Source: Carpediemonas membranifera BICM (taxonomy: Eukaryota; Protista; Fornicata). From it: 64,000 nucleotides of DNA. A program made the position numbers and the translations under genes. Positions 34,547 through 45,778 of the stretch are shown here, piece by piece (within the stretch, counting starts at the first letter, position 1; every line of letters begins with the position of its first letter). A model generated the notes under the pieces. The model ran no database searches and was not told where the DNA came from. It worked only from the letters and a program-made list of their open reading frames with translations. The stretch covers positions 289,647 to 353,646 of the forward strand of contig JAHDYR010000009.1 of assembly GCA_019828565.1 (NCBI GenBank), read 5' to 3'.

Positions 34547-34739
34547 TGTTTTTAAATATTCATAGGAGGATTTAAATATTCATTGGAGGACCGGTGCCGT
34601 TGGCTGCATCATTCCTCCTGTGAACCAAAGAACCCGCGAGACGGGCATGCTCTCACCCAATAGACCATCAGTCACGATGCTGAGGGTCACGATGCCGGCC
34701 GTGACTCCGGGCTGGAGTCACATCATCATAAGCCACCGA

Positions 34740-35870
34740 ATGACGGTTGGTGCCATTAAGGAGCAATTGGCAGTAGTACTGGATGTTCTTATGCAAGATG
34801 GTGAGGGAACTATTGAAGAATTGATCCAGAACCTCATGGACGGGGCAATGGGGATTCCTCCGACTGTTGTCGGGACGCTAAGCCAGATCATGGCCTACAA
34901 CCTCGTCGGTGGCAAGTTCTGGCGCGGTGCTTTTGCCTTCATCGCCACTGCTGAAGCCGCGGGCGTCGATCTCACCTCCAGCACTCTCACTCCCTCCGAA
35001 GAAGCGCTCAGGCACCGCGCCGTCCTCCTTGCGTGGGCCCTCGAGGCTCTCCAAGCAGTCTTCCTCGTAGCAGACGACATTATGGACAACTCTGACCTTC
35101 GCCGCGGCAAGCCCAGCTGGTTCAAGGTCCCCGGGGTCGGGCTCCGTGCCATCAACGACGGGTTCCTGCTTGAGTCTACCTGCCTGGCTACAGTTGCCAG
35201 GATCGAGGAGGAGATCGAGATGGGCGGCGACCTGACTCGTTTGATCCAGAAAGTCATCAGATATACCGAGATTGGGCAAATGGTCGATATTGAGTCGGAT
35301 TTGGACGGCGAATCTTCGATATTTGACTCTCTCGAAACTTCCATGAAGTTCCGCGATGTCTACGAGTCCATACATCAGCACAAAACGGCCTACTACACAG
35401 TCCACCTGCCCATCGCCGCGGGCCTGATGCTCGGCACCCACTACGCCACCAATAAGTCACTTGTGCGTGGGTTCGAGTCCCAACTGGCCAGCGCTACTTT
35501 GCCGATCGGCAGATATTTCCAGATCCAGGACGATTTCCTGGATATGTTTGGATCGATCGAGAAGCTCGGCAAGCCCGGTATGGATCTGGCTGAAGGCAAG
35601 TGCGGGTGGACCCTGGTTGAGGGGGTGATCAAAGCCCATGAGCTGGGCGACTCGGACGGGGTGAAACAGATCCAGGCCAACCTCGGCCGGCCCGACGCCG
35701 ACTCCGCCTCTGTCCGGGCTGTCTACACCAGACTGGGCCTGCCCCAGCTGTACACGGAGACTTCTTGCCGGTTAGAGACAGTGATCGCCCAAGCTGTGAG
35801 CACCCAGACCCCTGTGGCCCGGTCCTTGTGTGATAAGATGATGGCAGCCCTGGTTGGGCGCCAGAAGTAG
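34740..35870 (+). CDS. FPPS: Farnesyl diphosphate synthase (trans-isoprenyl diphosphate synthase)
   Basis: GGK, FARM FLVADDIMD..LRRGKPSW, GQMVD, KTAYY, SARM FQIQDDFLD and GKCGW. Confidence 0.9.
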   Translation: MTVGAIKEQLAVVLDVLMQDGEGTIEELIQNLMDGAMGIPPTVVGTLSQIMAYNLVGGKFWRGAFAFIATAEAAGVDLTSSTLTPSEEALRHRAVLLAWALEALQAVFLVADDIMDNSDLRRGKPSWFKVPGVGLRAINDGFLLESTCLATVARIEEEIEMGGDLTRLIQKVIRYTEIGQMVDIESDLDGESSIFDSLETSMKFRDVYESIHQHKTAYYTVHLPIAAGLMLGTHYATNKSLVRGFESQLASATLPIGRYFQIQDDFLDMFGSIEKLGKPGMDLAEGKCGWTLVEGVIKAHELGDSDGVKQIQANLGRPDADSASVRAVYTRLGLPQLYTETSCRLETVIAQAVSTQTPVARSLCDKMMAALVGRQK

Positions 35871-36076
35871 CGTAGGGATGGTGATAAAACATGTCATGTT
35901 TATGTCCTTCGTTCGGCCGATGATATGTGATGATATATGCGGCAGACTTAGCTGCATTTGAGTGACTCAGAGCGCCAGACAGACTCATTTATGGCTGCCT
36001 CATGTAACAATGTTTTCTGCGACCCACATCGGCATTGACGACGAGAAGGGTTCCTACAGAGCTTTGACGCCAGAAC

Positions 36077-36907
36077 ATGATCATTAACAACATATACGAC
36101 CGTTTTACGCAATATAGGCAATCAACACAAGCGCCAGCACTGCTTGGGGATACAGAAAGCGAGGATGACGCCAGGTTCATCTCCAAGTACCCAGAATGGC
36201 ACGACATCGTACTGGAGATCAGAGACTCCATTCAGCAGCACTACAGCGAGATCGAGGCGCTCCAATCGGCCCAATCGAACTACATTAGCCGGCCGTCCAT
36301 GACAGACGAGGATCCCCTCGCCGCGGTGGAGGAGCGGAGCAAGCGGGTCGCACGGAGGCTGCAGGACACACACAATAAGGTGCTCAGGCTCAGTAAGAAC
36401 CACTATAGCACGAACTTCCCGATTGAAAACACGATCATTCTCCGAAACGTCCAGACGAAGCTGGAGGGCGAGATCAAGGTTACCATTGGCCTGTACAGGG
36501 TCGTACAGAACGCATTTGCACAGCGGCTGAAGGACCGTGACGATCGGCTGGGTCGGTTCTCCATTGAGCCCGACGAGGACGACTTGTCCGAGCAGGAGGG
36601 CATGGTCGACGTACACAAGGCCATCGCCCACGACAGGAAGCAGGGCATCATGACCATCACACAGACTATGCATGAGCTGAACGAGATGGCGAAGGAGATG
36701 GCCGTGATGGTCGTCGAGCAGGGCACCCTCCTTGATCGGATCGATTACAACATGGACGTGACCGTGGAGACCGTGGAGAAGGCCGTGAAGGACCTGGCCA
36801 AGGCGAATAAGCACCAGAAGCGGGGCTGGATCTTCCAGGTCATCATCTGGGGCCTAATGATCGTGGCCTGGGTACTCATGATTATTTATATCCTGCGGGT
36901 AGCGTAA
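36077..36907 (+). CDS. STX16: Qa-SNARE syntaxin 16/Tlg2-like
   Basis: SNARE motif VVEQGTLLDRIDYNM and a C-terminal transmembrane anchor. Confidence 0.8.
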   Translation: MIINNIYDRFTQYRQSTQAPALLGDTESEDDARFISKYPEWHDIVLEIRDSIQQHYSEIEALQSAQSNYISRPSMTDEDPLAAVEERSKRVARRLQDTHNKVLRLSKNHYSTNFPIENTIILRNVQTKLEGEIKVTIGLYRVVQNAFAQRLKDRDDRLGRFSIEPDEDDLSEQEGMVDVHKAIAHDRKQGIMTITQTMHELNEMAKEMAVMVVEQGTLLDRIDYNMDVTVETVEKAVKDLAKANKHQKRGWIFQVIIWGLMIVAWVLMIIYILRVA

Positions 36908-36922
36908 ATATGGACCAACATA

Positions 36923-37522
36923 TGTAACTAGACAGGAGTGATGGTCTGCTGAGGGTCTGGTAGCGTCACAGATCCTGGCATAATCTGCACCACTATGAAA
37001 AATACTGTCGCCACAATGGACTGATTTTTGAACAGGTGCAGTTTATCTCTCACTACATTCCCCTCCAGAGGAACTAGTCCAGTCTGTTGGCACGTCTGTG
37101 ACCGGACTGAGGCTTGGCCTCGAAAGCCTTGATCGCACGGTCAAGGTCAGGGTGAGATGAACAGTAGTGGGTGAGAGCGGAGAGCGTCTTGATCTCAGTG
37201 TAACGCCGCTCGCTGTCCTCATCTGATTCATGACCAAGCCAGTGAACAGTCAAAACTGGCTCGAGAGTGTCGGCTTCAAGACGCCAACCCACGATAGAGT
37301 CTACGACACCCCAGACAGTGTCGGACATGAATGCAACCTTGGCCTCTCCAACAGAGGGCTTATGAGGAAGCTTAGCGAGTCTGTTCGCATGACGCTTGAT
37401 GATGACCTTGGTCACTGGATTCATCAGGCTGTAGGTATCAGGACCGTCAGCTGATCCAGTCACCAGATAAGGTTGTGGTGACCAATTGATTGGGTCATAA
37501 TCCCCCTGCACCCCTGAGTCAA
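36923..37522 (-). mobile_element. E7: 3' end of a chromovirus-type LTR retrotransposon (integrase C-terminus plus chromodomain 37074-37522, PPT 37058-37068, 3' LTR 36923-37057); outermost element of the nest
   Basis: Chromodomain WGVVDSIVGWR..LTVHWLGHESDEDS; minus-strand PPT CTGGAGGGGAA followed by TGTAG...TTACA. The partner LTR is outside the window, so the LTR end is inferred. Confidence 0.7.
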
Positions 37523-37778
37523 TGTGCAGTTTATGTAAAGTAGTTATCGGAACTGCAGTATCACAGATGAATTCATCTGACAACACTACGAAAAGCACCG
37601 GAGAGGTTAAGCTATCGATCCCTGCCATCGAGGCAGTGGAGAGGCTCGTGCTGGGCCGCGATCCCGTGGGCGTGGAGCCCCCGAAGCTTACCTGCCTCAA
37701 GGCCGCGCAGGTTGCGGCTTTCTTGCGCGCTTATGACGAGTATGTCGCAAGAAAGGGCGTGCGAACCCTCGTAGACTG
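37523..37778 (+). mobile_element. E6: 5' end of a + strand LTR retrotransposon (putative 43-bp LTR 37523-37565, palindrome 37564-37579, gag start 37567), inserted in E7 and interrupted by E5
   Basis: TGTG...CACA segment followed by GATGAATTCATCTG. The ORF PPKLTCLKAAQVAAFLRAYDEY resembles the E2 gag N-terminus (APILKGTSVAELVTFVEALQDY). Confidence 0.6.
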
Positions 37779-38317
37779 TGTGCCGTGCCTTTGGGGCGTG
37801 CTAGCAAAACCTGGTGAGGAAGTATTTAATAGATTGCGATACGGTGCCGCGGGCCAGCCGGGACCGTATCGTATCGGCTAAAAATAAATACTGATCGAGC
37901 CTAGAGTGGCATCAGCCATGACACTACCCCTCCCAGAGCGTCAGCTCGCATGTGCATTGGCATCTCTGGGCGCGTTGGGCTGTTACATGTTTTGTTGTTG
38001 GTTAGGCTAAAGTGCAGGCTAAGGTTTCGCAACGGGGGGCATACGAAGGTGGGGACAAAAAAAATGAACAGCAGGGCAATCCGTCTAGGCTTGTGTTGTA
38101 GTGCTGTGGTGACGTAGATGGTTCTTGGTTGGGCCTGTAGCTCGAGTGAGTGACGCTAGCGTCGTCGATGATGAGTGAGGTGAACTCCTAGAAACCTCGT
38201 GGAAGTTGAAGTAGATAGTTCTAGTAAAGGTACTGTATCTAGTTGCTTTGGCGTATAAAGCGCTGTGGATGGTACTTCATTTAGATTAAATACACACACT
38301 AAATACACATCAACTGA

Positions 38318-38790
38318 TTACGAAATCACAACACCTCCGTCTTCTCCAAAGAGCTTGCCGCGCAACTTGTGTGCGTCGATATACGACTCAACTTGTTCGT
38401 TTCCTCTCACATCCTCATCATAGCACTGATAAGTATCTTCTTCAGGCTCGTAACCGCTCCAGCGTAGTCTGAAAACGATGTTCCCGTCCTCATCGGTCGA
38501 ATGGCTCACTACTGATTCGACAACGTATAATTCATCATCATCATCAAACTTGGCGAGCTCAGATATCTCCTCCTCAGTTAAGAAGGATCGATGGAACCTC
38601 CTCAGACGGTGTACATGTGACACCAGCTCCGCCCTCCCTGAAAAGGCCTGTAAGGCGTATTGGTTGTTCGGAAGCGAGTCTTTCACCATGAATGGGCCTC
38701 GGTAATTCGGGAGCGTCTTGCTACGCGGACCCTTAGGTGGGCCAGCAGGACATAGTCGCCAGGCTTGAAGACATCAGGCTCTACTGAGGG
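38318..38790 (-). CDS. E1 integrase C-terminal fragment (GPF motif plus chromodomain)
   Basis: FKPGDYVLL (shifted frame), KTLPNYRGPF and YVVESVVSH...FRLRWSGYEPEEDTY. Confidence 0.8.
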
Positions 38791-39650
38791 GTAGTCCAAG
38801 GCAGAGGACTGGGTGGCTCTGACTCAATGAGTCGAGCGCGAGTATCCACAAGGACGCGAGCATCTTCGAGTCGTTCCTCGTTGGCGACCATGTCTGCCAG
38901 GATTTCATCGAAAGCAGACTTGCCTAAACGGGCAATCCGGGACCAATGGGCTTGTAGGGTCTTCGGCAAGGTGGCCTTGATAACAGAGGAGAGAGCCTTC
39001 TCGGAGTAGGAGTCTCGCATGCCTAGGATGCGGACGATGAGTGATACACGGTGCGCAAACTTCGCAAGGGCGATCGAGTTGGCGGTTGCTGAAGGCTTAG
39101 CGGCTTCCAAGAACTTGGAGAGCCAAGCCTCGACGATGAGATTGTCGTCGGGCAACACGGCCTGAGAGATAAGGGAATTCAGAGCTTCGTTCAGACTGTC
39201 CCGAGCTTGGGTGTAAGTGACCTCACTCTCCGGAGTGACGTAAGCCTCTTTGCCCTGGGCGAGCTTAAGGACGGCAGAGACCCTGGTGAATTGAGGCAGT
39301 AGGGAGATGGTCCCCAAATGAGGGAGCAACGAAGCGGCGATCGAAGCAACATTGGGATGCTTGATAAGGTGTGCGTCATAGTCGAGGATCAAGCGGAACC
39401 ACCCTTCCTTCGAGGAGGGGAGAGCGCAATGGAAAATCTGGCGTTCGATCGATCCCGGCTTGAAGTCGCAGGGGAAGAGCTTAAAGATAGTCTCGAAAGA
39501 CTCAAGGCATGAAGAATCAAGCGTGGAATCCGAATCAGGGACATCATGGGCACGAACATCGGGCTTCTTCGCGAGAGAACTCACGAGAGTGACCAGATTA
39601 CCTATAGTCTCTTCTAGTGCCGCTATACGAGCGTCATAATCGGACTGCAT
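38781..39650 (-). CDS. E1 gag-like protein
   Basis: 289-aa ORF starting 16 nt after the 5' LTR with an N-terminal coiled coil; the call is positional. Confidence 0.6.
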   Translation of the reverse strand: MQSDYDARIAALEETIGNLVTLVSSLAKKPDVRAHDVPDSDSTLDSSCLESFETIFKLFPCDFKPGSIERQIFHCALPSSKEGWFRLILDYDAHLIKHPNVASIAASLLPHLGTISLLPQFTRVSAVLKLAQGKEAYVTPESEVTYTQARDSLNEALNSLISQAVLPDDNLIVEAWLSKFLEAAKPSATANSIALAKFAHRVSLIVRILGMRDSYSEKALSSVIKATLPKTLQAHWSRIARLGKSAFDEILADMVANEERLEDARVLVDTRARLIESEPPSPLPWTTPQ

Positions 39651-39679
39651 AGCTCAAATTGATCAATTTGGCGTATAAA

Positions 39680-42600
39680 AATGAGTGGAATTGAAAACTC
39701 ACCACAGCGAGGGCAAGGCGAGACGAATGCCAACGACAGCAGGCCAGTATCCGAAGCAGCACCGCTTCCCGAAGGATGGGCCCCGTGTGACGATTATTCA
39801 CCGGACAAGCTTGAGATATTCCTCGCTAGGCGCCGGTACTTCTCCAACCCGCCAGCTGATGCCCTGCGAAACTTCACCGACAAAGCGCTGATAAGCCTCA
39901 GAGCCGCTGGCCTGATGAACGACATCTCTGACCTATTTGAGAATGTCGTTAACAATATCAGTCGCTCGAGAGCTCTTAGCGTGCAGGACAGGTTCGTGAA
40001 GGTACAAAAGATGCGCCCCATCCCCAGAGGCGCTCTCAGTACCGCTAACACAAGGTTCGTCACCGACCTTCTGACCGGTGGCGATCCTGCCCTCGACGAC
40101 CGCCAACGAGGCGACATGATGCTCCTTATGTGCGGGAAGCTCAAGTCTAAGACTGCCGCGAGCAGTCTATCGGCGCTCGTTCATGCCGAGATGCCCGAGG
40201 CTACGCAGTTCATCGACTCCCCTACGCTCCGCGCAGGCTAGGGACGAAGAGCTACTCACCGCCGAAAGGCAGACGAGCAAGCCCCTCCAGGCTGAGATCG
40301 AGAGCCTGAAGGCCAAGAACAAGGCGCTTGCGGCCAACCAAGTGGGCCAGCGGCGTCGTACGCGAGGAGGGAGGGGCGGTCGGAGCCGGCAGGCGAGTGG
40401 GAAGGATGTAAAGAGTCGTAAGTACTGTTCCTTTAATAGTCAAAGCGGGACTCAGACTCCCCCACCATCCCCCCGGGCTTCGAGCAGGTAACCCTCGCCC
40501 GCCTGACTCAGGTGGAGTCCGCCCGGAGGCCGGAGTCCACGCCCGCACCCGCGCCCATGCCCGCACCCGCGCCTGTGCCCACGCCTACGCACGCGCCCAC
40601 GCCCGCACTTACGCCCGCGGGAAACAATGGCGCGCCAGGAAGCCCAGCGGCAGAGGCACCAGCCTCTGCTCAGCGAGCACGGAGACCGGTCCGAGCGAGG
40701 AAGGTCAAGCTCCCGTACACCCCACCCTCGCCCCGCCGAAGAGCTCCGCGGGCGGTTGGCATCCCGGTCGCCCGGTTGACATCGAGGGCAGCAGAGGGCG
40801 ACCAGGCACACGCAGCCCGTGTCGAGCTTGGGGCGTTCCTGACCCCATCGCCCAGGCCAGACCTCCACCGCATGTCCCGCACATCCAGCCCAACGTCGGA
40901 TTACGAGTCCTCGTGGGGCGGCGAAGGTGAGGAGACAGACTCCGAGGCCACGGTGATAGACCAGAGCGCATCATCAGAGGACCCTGACGATGATACGGAG
41001 GAATATGAGGACCCCCAAGCCTCCCGGTCTGGTCCTGACGGAGAGGCACACACGGGCGGGAACCACACTGAAATGCCGGAGGAGCTTGAGTTAAGCCCCG
41101 ATGAAAGTGACAGCGGCGATGACGGCGGACAGGAGTATTACCCTACTGACGACGCCCCCTCAGAAACCGATGAGGTGAGCGTAACAGAGCCTGACGCTGC
41201 AGGCTCGGCCACCGAGGCCCCAACCTTCATCCTTGGCTCTGACGAAGACTACGAGTCCTTGTCGGGAGGCGGGGCAGAGGGGTCCAGCGATGACGAGCCC
41301 GACTTCACCTCCGCGACATGCCCCATACGCCTGCCGGGCGTACCAGACGCCGCAACCGGCAGGGACCTCCGACACCTGCTGGTGGCTGCGACGGCGGACC
41401 AGATTAGCAGATACTGCGGGTGCCAGGAGTTACCACGCATCTGCAGAGAATGCGGGATGGTCTTCCGCCATGGCGGCCACGCAATCTGGCGCCGGCACGT
41501 CAATGTGGATCAATGTGACGACAGCAGGCTCGCCAACCGCATCACAGCAGCGTCCATACAGCTTGAGATGGCGGCGAGAGTCGGACACCGAGCCCCACAT
41601 ATGGCCCAGACCCACCTGCCCCAGAGACCACGCGGCGTCGTCCCCCACAGCGAGCTCGCACCAGCAGGCACAGCGCTGGCCGGGAGATCCCTGGGTAGAG
41701 CACGCATGCTCGGGAGCATGAACCTGTCTGCAGACAGCAGGGCAGTCATCACCTCGAAATTGAGTCAGCTCAGAGCGTTCATGGCGGGACACCCACAGGA
41801 GGGCGTCGACCGCGCGATGGAGACGGTCGCAGTGCTCATCAGGTGCCTGCCACACAGCGGGAAGTTCGCTGCGGTCGGCTTCCGAAATGCCATCAGACGG
41901 GTAATCCGCAACATCCCTGCCACCCCCCGCACCGCCGCATCCCGGCAGAGGAGACAGGTTGAGAAGGCAGTGGACTCTTTCATGCTTGGACAGGTCGGAA
42001 AATCACGGAAGCTTCTGGCACCACGCCATGAGTCGGCATGGTCGGAGGACCAAATAGTGGCGGAGGTCCACAGGCTCTTCCCGGCAGACCGTGCTGATGA
42101 GATCGTACCCCTCCCACGCACAACGGTGGCTCGAGCGGAGTCCCTGAAATGGGCCAGCCCACCGCCCACACTACCGAGGGACCTGCCGACCCGAGAATGC
42201 GAGGAGATCATGACCGGCCTGGACGGCACCAAAGCGGCGGGACTGTCAGGATGGTCGAACAAACACATCTTACAGCTCCTGGGCCGGCATCTCGCCACCG
42301 ACACGAGGAGGAACGCCCGACGTCTGAGGCCAGCCGACTCCAACAAATCGGTAGTCAGCGCAATGACCGAGATTGTCTCCTGCATCGTGAGGGGTGAGTC
42401 GTCCTGCAGACCGTTGACGCAGGCATACCTCTCGATGCTGCCAAAGCCGAACGGTAGCCTGAGGCCAATAGGGGTGAACGAACCGTTCTACGTGATCGCA
42501 GGCAAATACCTCGCTAAGCTTGCTCTCGGGCACCTGAAGCCAGACGACAGCGGGGACGACCCGGCCGGGGCACTGCCGGACTGGCTGCCGGAACAATATG

Positions 42601-44655
42601 GCCTGGGCGGCCGGAGCGACGTGGAGAAACTGATCGACCGTGTCGACAAGGCATACCGGGCTGGGAAGTATATCGTCATAGCGGACTTCACGAACGCCTT
42701 CAACGAAGCGAACCGTCACACGATGAAGGCCATGGTTCATGAGTACGCGCCGGCCCTTACTGACTTTGTCGACCAGTTCTACGACGACCCGCGCCTCTAC
42801 TACGAGACATACGGCGCGGCTGGCACAACCGCGCGGTGGGTGGACGTCAAACGCGGGACCATCCAAGGAGACGCTCTTGGCCCGCTGCTGTTCTCCTTCG
42901 TCATGCGCTGCATACTCGACGAGCTCACCGAGGCGGCTCCAAATGAACGCTTTGCGTACCTGGATGATGTCGCCAGTATCCACAGCACGGCTGGCGACGC
43001 CACGGCTGAGATCGCCACGCTCACGCGCATCGCGTCGAAGTATGGTCTCCGCCTGAACATGGCGAAGACGGTGATCCTCGCCCACCCGGACGTACACGAC
43101 GCAGGACACCCATTCGTACATGCGTGGGAATACCTCGGGGTGACCATCGGCCCGACCACGAGCCGCGTTACAGCGGTGCAGGTTACGGCTGAGAAGGTTA
43201 TTGACGAGCTCAGCTGGCTGTGTGGAATTATCGAGCAGTCGACGGGGCACGCGAAAAACCAGGTGTCCTGGATGTGTCTGCACATCATCCGCAAATGCAT
43301 CAGCGCGGACCTGAATTTCATGTTCAGGACGAACGCACCGAATGTAGCCATCGCTGAGAGGTTAGAAGCCAGCCTCATCGAGGTGGCGAGGGTCATAGCG
43401 AACTCCCCAGCCGGCTGGGAGAGCGCGAGGTTAGATGCACTGTGGCAGAAGCCGAGTGACAACGGCTGGGGCTTCAGGCACCCACTCGACCACTGGGTGG
43501 CAGCATACCTTGGCGCCAGGAGTGATCTCATACGCATGGGCGGCCCTGGATACACCCCTGTCTGCGACACAGTCCCGCCCATCCCCCACATGGCAGGCTC
43601 GGACCCGGAACTCATGATGCCTAAGGCGGACCGGCCGCAGTGCGTTTTCTCCGAGCACATATACCGCGCCCGTCACAGGACGTCGAGGATTCCGTACGGC
43701 GAACTGCTGGCGGCCTGCCTCAACACGGCGGTAGACGACCAGTACGCGACAGCACGACCGGTGATAGCAGCCTATAGGGCGGTCCTCGGGGTTGGCATGA
43801 TCTCGGGGCTCCCCAGCCCAGTGGCACGGCGCCTCCAGGACGGGAACACGGCACTCTTCTGCCCCTTCTGCGGCAAAGGTGTAACTAGAGGCACGTGGGA
43901 AGACCATGCCATGCTCTGTAGCGCGAAGCGCTGGTTCCCTCAGCGGAAGAGGAACCTTTTGCACCGCCACGACTTGGTGAAACACGGAATCGTACAGCTG
44001 CTTAGCACGACCTCGACAGAGGTCCTTCATGAGGAACCCCTTGATGATGGGCTCCTAAAGGACGAGAAGTACCGAGCAAAGGTTGCATACGACGAAATGG
44101 AACGCCTGCAGAAAGCAAACAGGCCTATTCCGCAAGCAATCGCTGATCAGGCAAGTAAGATCACGCAGGCACGCGCAGATATCCTGATTAATGAGCCTCT
44201 GCTCCGGAACGGCCGTCCTCTAGTGATTGAGGTCACAGTCGGCAAGTCTGACTCGGACTCATTCATCCAGAAGAAGAAGGACCAGTACGCCGACTACAAT
44301 GTTGACGTCATCGTCGTCGCACTCACTCCAACCGGCAGCCACATCGAGTCAGCCGCCAGGAGTCTGGTTGAAATCGGACAGGAAATCTGCACGATCACTG
44401 GCGCAGAATGCTTTACTGACCGCCGAGCTCGGTCGGTTCTCGCGATCGCACTGATGGGCTGGCTACTGAAGAAGTCATTCGAGCTCCGCAAGGCACACCG
44501 CCTGCTCCATCTGGCCACGTCCGTGATCAATCCTCCACATCTCCCCCCACCCCCTCCCACCGCCGCCATCCAGCGGAGTCAGCGTGGAGGCGCTTCGGCG
44601 CCCCGCAATGGCTGAATAATGGTATGTACATGTTTACATACAATCGAGTAAATTC
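39680..44655 (+). mobile_element. Non-LTR retrotransposon with restriction-like endonuclease (CRE-like), inserted in the E1 5' LTR; TSD about ATAAA
   Basis: Comparison with the intact E1 3' LTR places the insertion at GCGT-ATAAA-GCGC; ATAAA occurs at 39675-39679 and 44656-44660. Confidence 0.9.
39681..44615 (+). CDS. RT-RLE polyprotein (main ORF 40512-44615; upstream ORFs 39681-40241 and 40183-40491 probably join via 1-nt homopolymer indels)
   Basis: C2H2-like CRECG..H; RT motifs LPKPNGSLRPIG, QYG, DFTNAFN, GTIQGDALGPLLF, YLDD and YLGV; CCHC CPFC..HAMLC; RHD, RADILI, IEVTV and KKKDQY. Confidence 0.9.
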
Positions 44656-45778
44656 ATAAAGCGCTGTGGATGGTACTTCATTTAGATTAAATACACACAC
44701 TAAATACACATCAACTGATTACGAAATCACAACAGTTGCGTTGTTGTTCTCGTGATCCGAAGGGTATTTGCTGAGATATTCGACGTTTTGTCAAATTTTG
44801 CTGAGAAAATGGGAAGATGAGGTCGCTATGAGGTTGGTGATGGAGATAGGGGAAATGTGATCGTGGATTTGAGAAGTAATTACTTTGTTGTACGGTTCTC
44901 CATGACCTTTTCCGCGTCAAAGGGCGTATAGCTTGTGGGGTGATGATCGTTCGATTCTGGAAATGAGCTCGTCATGCGTCAGAGTCGATTCACGATGAGA
45001 GCAGTAAGAGACCGGGGCATACGAGCTGATTGCCGGTCCTGGACCGGTTGAGAGCCCCTTTGGGGGGTATTTTGACCAAGTCGAAAAGCTTCGAAATGGT
45101 TCAATGACGGTGGTGTAGTGCGGTAATGTGGCTTAGAAACCGTTGTTGAGGGTGAAACGTCTTGATTAAATGACATTTGTTGTGTTTGTCTGCTTCTGGA
45201 TGGTTCTTCAGCTCCAGAAATAAAGTGTTGTGTGAGTGAGAATAAACGAGGGCCTTTGGGGCCGTTTCATGAGTGATTTGTGATTGTTTTGGCGGCTTTA
45301 TGTACACTTACGCTTGCCAGCCTTTCTTTTTGATGTATCTGTTGATCTTTGGTGCCTCTGAGGGGTGGGACTTGAGATATGAGTCAAGGGCCTCGAGACG
45401 TGAGTTTGCGTTGTTGAGCGGGATGTCACTGTCCTCGGCCGTCTCGTAGCCGAGCCAGTGGACTCGCAGGTTGTAACCGCGGCTCGTCTTGATCACATCC
45501 ACAATGCTTTCGACAATGTACTCGTCCTCGCCCTCGGCTTGGAGTTGGAGTAGCTCGGCGTCGCTGAGCGTGCCGCGTATGAATGGCTTCAGGCGATGAG
45601 TGGCGACTGTCATGGCGGCCTCAGGGTCAGATAGGGCCTCAATCGTCGTGGTGTTCGAGACAGTGCCCGGGCCACGTACCTTGAAGGGGCCGCGGTAAGG
45701 CCGTTGGAGCTTGCTGAACTTGATTCGTTTGAGCAGGACGAGGGAGCCAGCCTGGGGTGCCCAGTGTCCCGTGGGTGC

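Larger units (their letters stand above)
38247..44734 (-). mobile_element. E1: ~1.5-kb internally deleted LTR element (gag-like ORF plus GPF/chromodomain), ~87-bp LTRs, 5-bp TSD GTTGC; 5' LTR split by the RLE element
   Basis: 3' LTR at 38247-38333; 5' LTR equals 44661-44734 plus 39667-39679 and is identical. TSD at 38242-38246 and 44735-44739; purine tract GAAGACGGAGG precedes the 3' LTR. Confidence 0.9.

Noticed and set aside
38255-44734. ~80-bp direct repeat read as a long TSD or spliced-leader target of the CRE-like element
   Set aside because: It is the pair of E1 LTRs (TG start, purine tract, own 5-bp TSD); the RLE element's duplication is only about ATAAA.
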